A DNA stretch of 63,541 nucleotides, counting the filler, from Chiloscyllium plagiosum (taxonomy: Eukaryota), in the NCBI RefSeq assembly GCF_004010195.1. It is 5 parts of one record of this genome, joined end to end, with 100 filler letters (N's around TTAATTAATTAA, not from the genome) between each part and the next. Parts side by side here need not be neighbours in the genome. Positions count along the whole stretch, not along the records: positions 60,881 to 63,541 come from NC_057711.1; 4 more parts are not named here. The stretch is one strand, 5' to 3'. The notes beneath the pieces are model-generated. The model made no database searches, was not told the DNA's origin, and was given only the letters and a program-made list of their open reading frames with translations. This document shows positions 63,162 through 63,541 of this stretch, in pieces. The position numbers were made by a program, and so were the translations under genes. How positions within the stretch are numbered: position 1 is the stretch's first letter; each line of letters begins with the position of its first letter.

Positions 63162-63541
63162 TTAGACCATAAGACCATAAGACATAGGAGTGGAAGTAAG
63201 GCCATTCGGCCCATCGAGTCCACTCCGCCATTCAATCATGGCTGATGCATATTTCAGCTCCACTTACCAGCGATCCCCCCGTAGCCCTTAATTCCTCTAG
63301 ACAACAAGAATCTATCAATCTCGGCCTTGAAGACATTTAGCGTCCCGGCTTCCAATGCACTCCGTGGCAATGAATTCCACAGGCCCACCACTCTCTGGCT
63401 GAAGAAATATCTCCGCATTTCTGTTCTGAAATGACCCCCTCTAATTCTAAGGCTGTGTCCACAGGTCCTAGTCTCCTCGTCTAACGGAAACAATTTCCTA
63501 GCATCCACCTTTTCCAAGCCATGTATTATTTTGTAAGTCTC
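63162..63541 (-). mobile_element. Young CR1 3' end (same subfamily as 19412-20038)
   Basis: ORF 63254..63517 is nearly the same peptide as 19570..19953; TATGTCTTATGGTCTTATGGTCT tail. Confidence 0.93.

Overview
Eukaryotic, repeat-rich, AT-rich genomic DNA, most consistent with a shark (elasmobranch), judging by HE1-type SINEs, many CR1 LINEs and Deu-domain SINEs. The only host gene I can support is four small plus-strand exons (42186-42239, 46748-46855, 51607-51656, 54493-54571). They splice in frame into the ankyrin-repeat half of an OSTF1-like protein that looks unusually divergent; its SH3 and C-terminal exons were not found in the window. The rest is mostly transposon-derived: young and old CR1 LINEs (including a 5' end with zinc-finger/esterase ORF1), two families of Penelope-like elements (PLEs), Gypsy relics with an LTR, Tc1/mariner-type MITEs and Harbinger relics. 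Four 100-bp assembly gaps carry an artificial TTAATTAATTAA linker. The most notable structures are (i) a dispersed set of minimal hammerhead-ribozyme motifs at PLE ends, including tiny fold-back elements whose inversion junction falls in the ribozyme, and (ii) a 160-bp near-perfect inverted duplication at the 5' junction of an HE1 SINE. Boundaries of degraded repeats are approximate, and family names come from recalled consensus features, not database searches.
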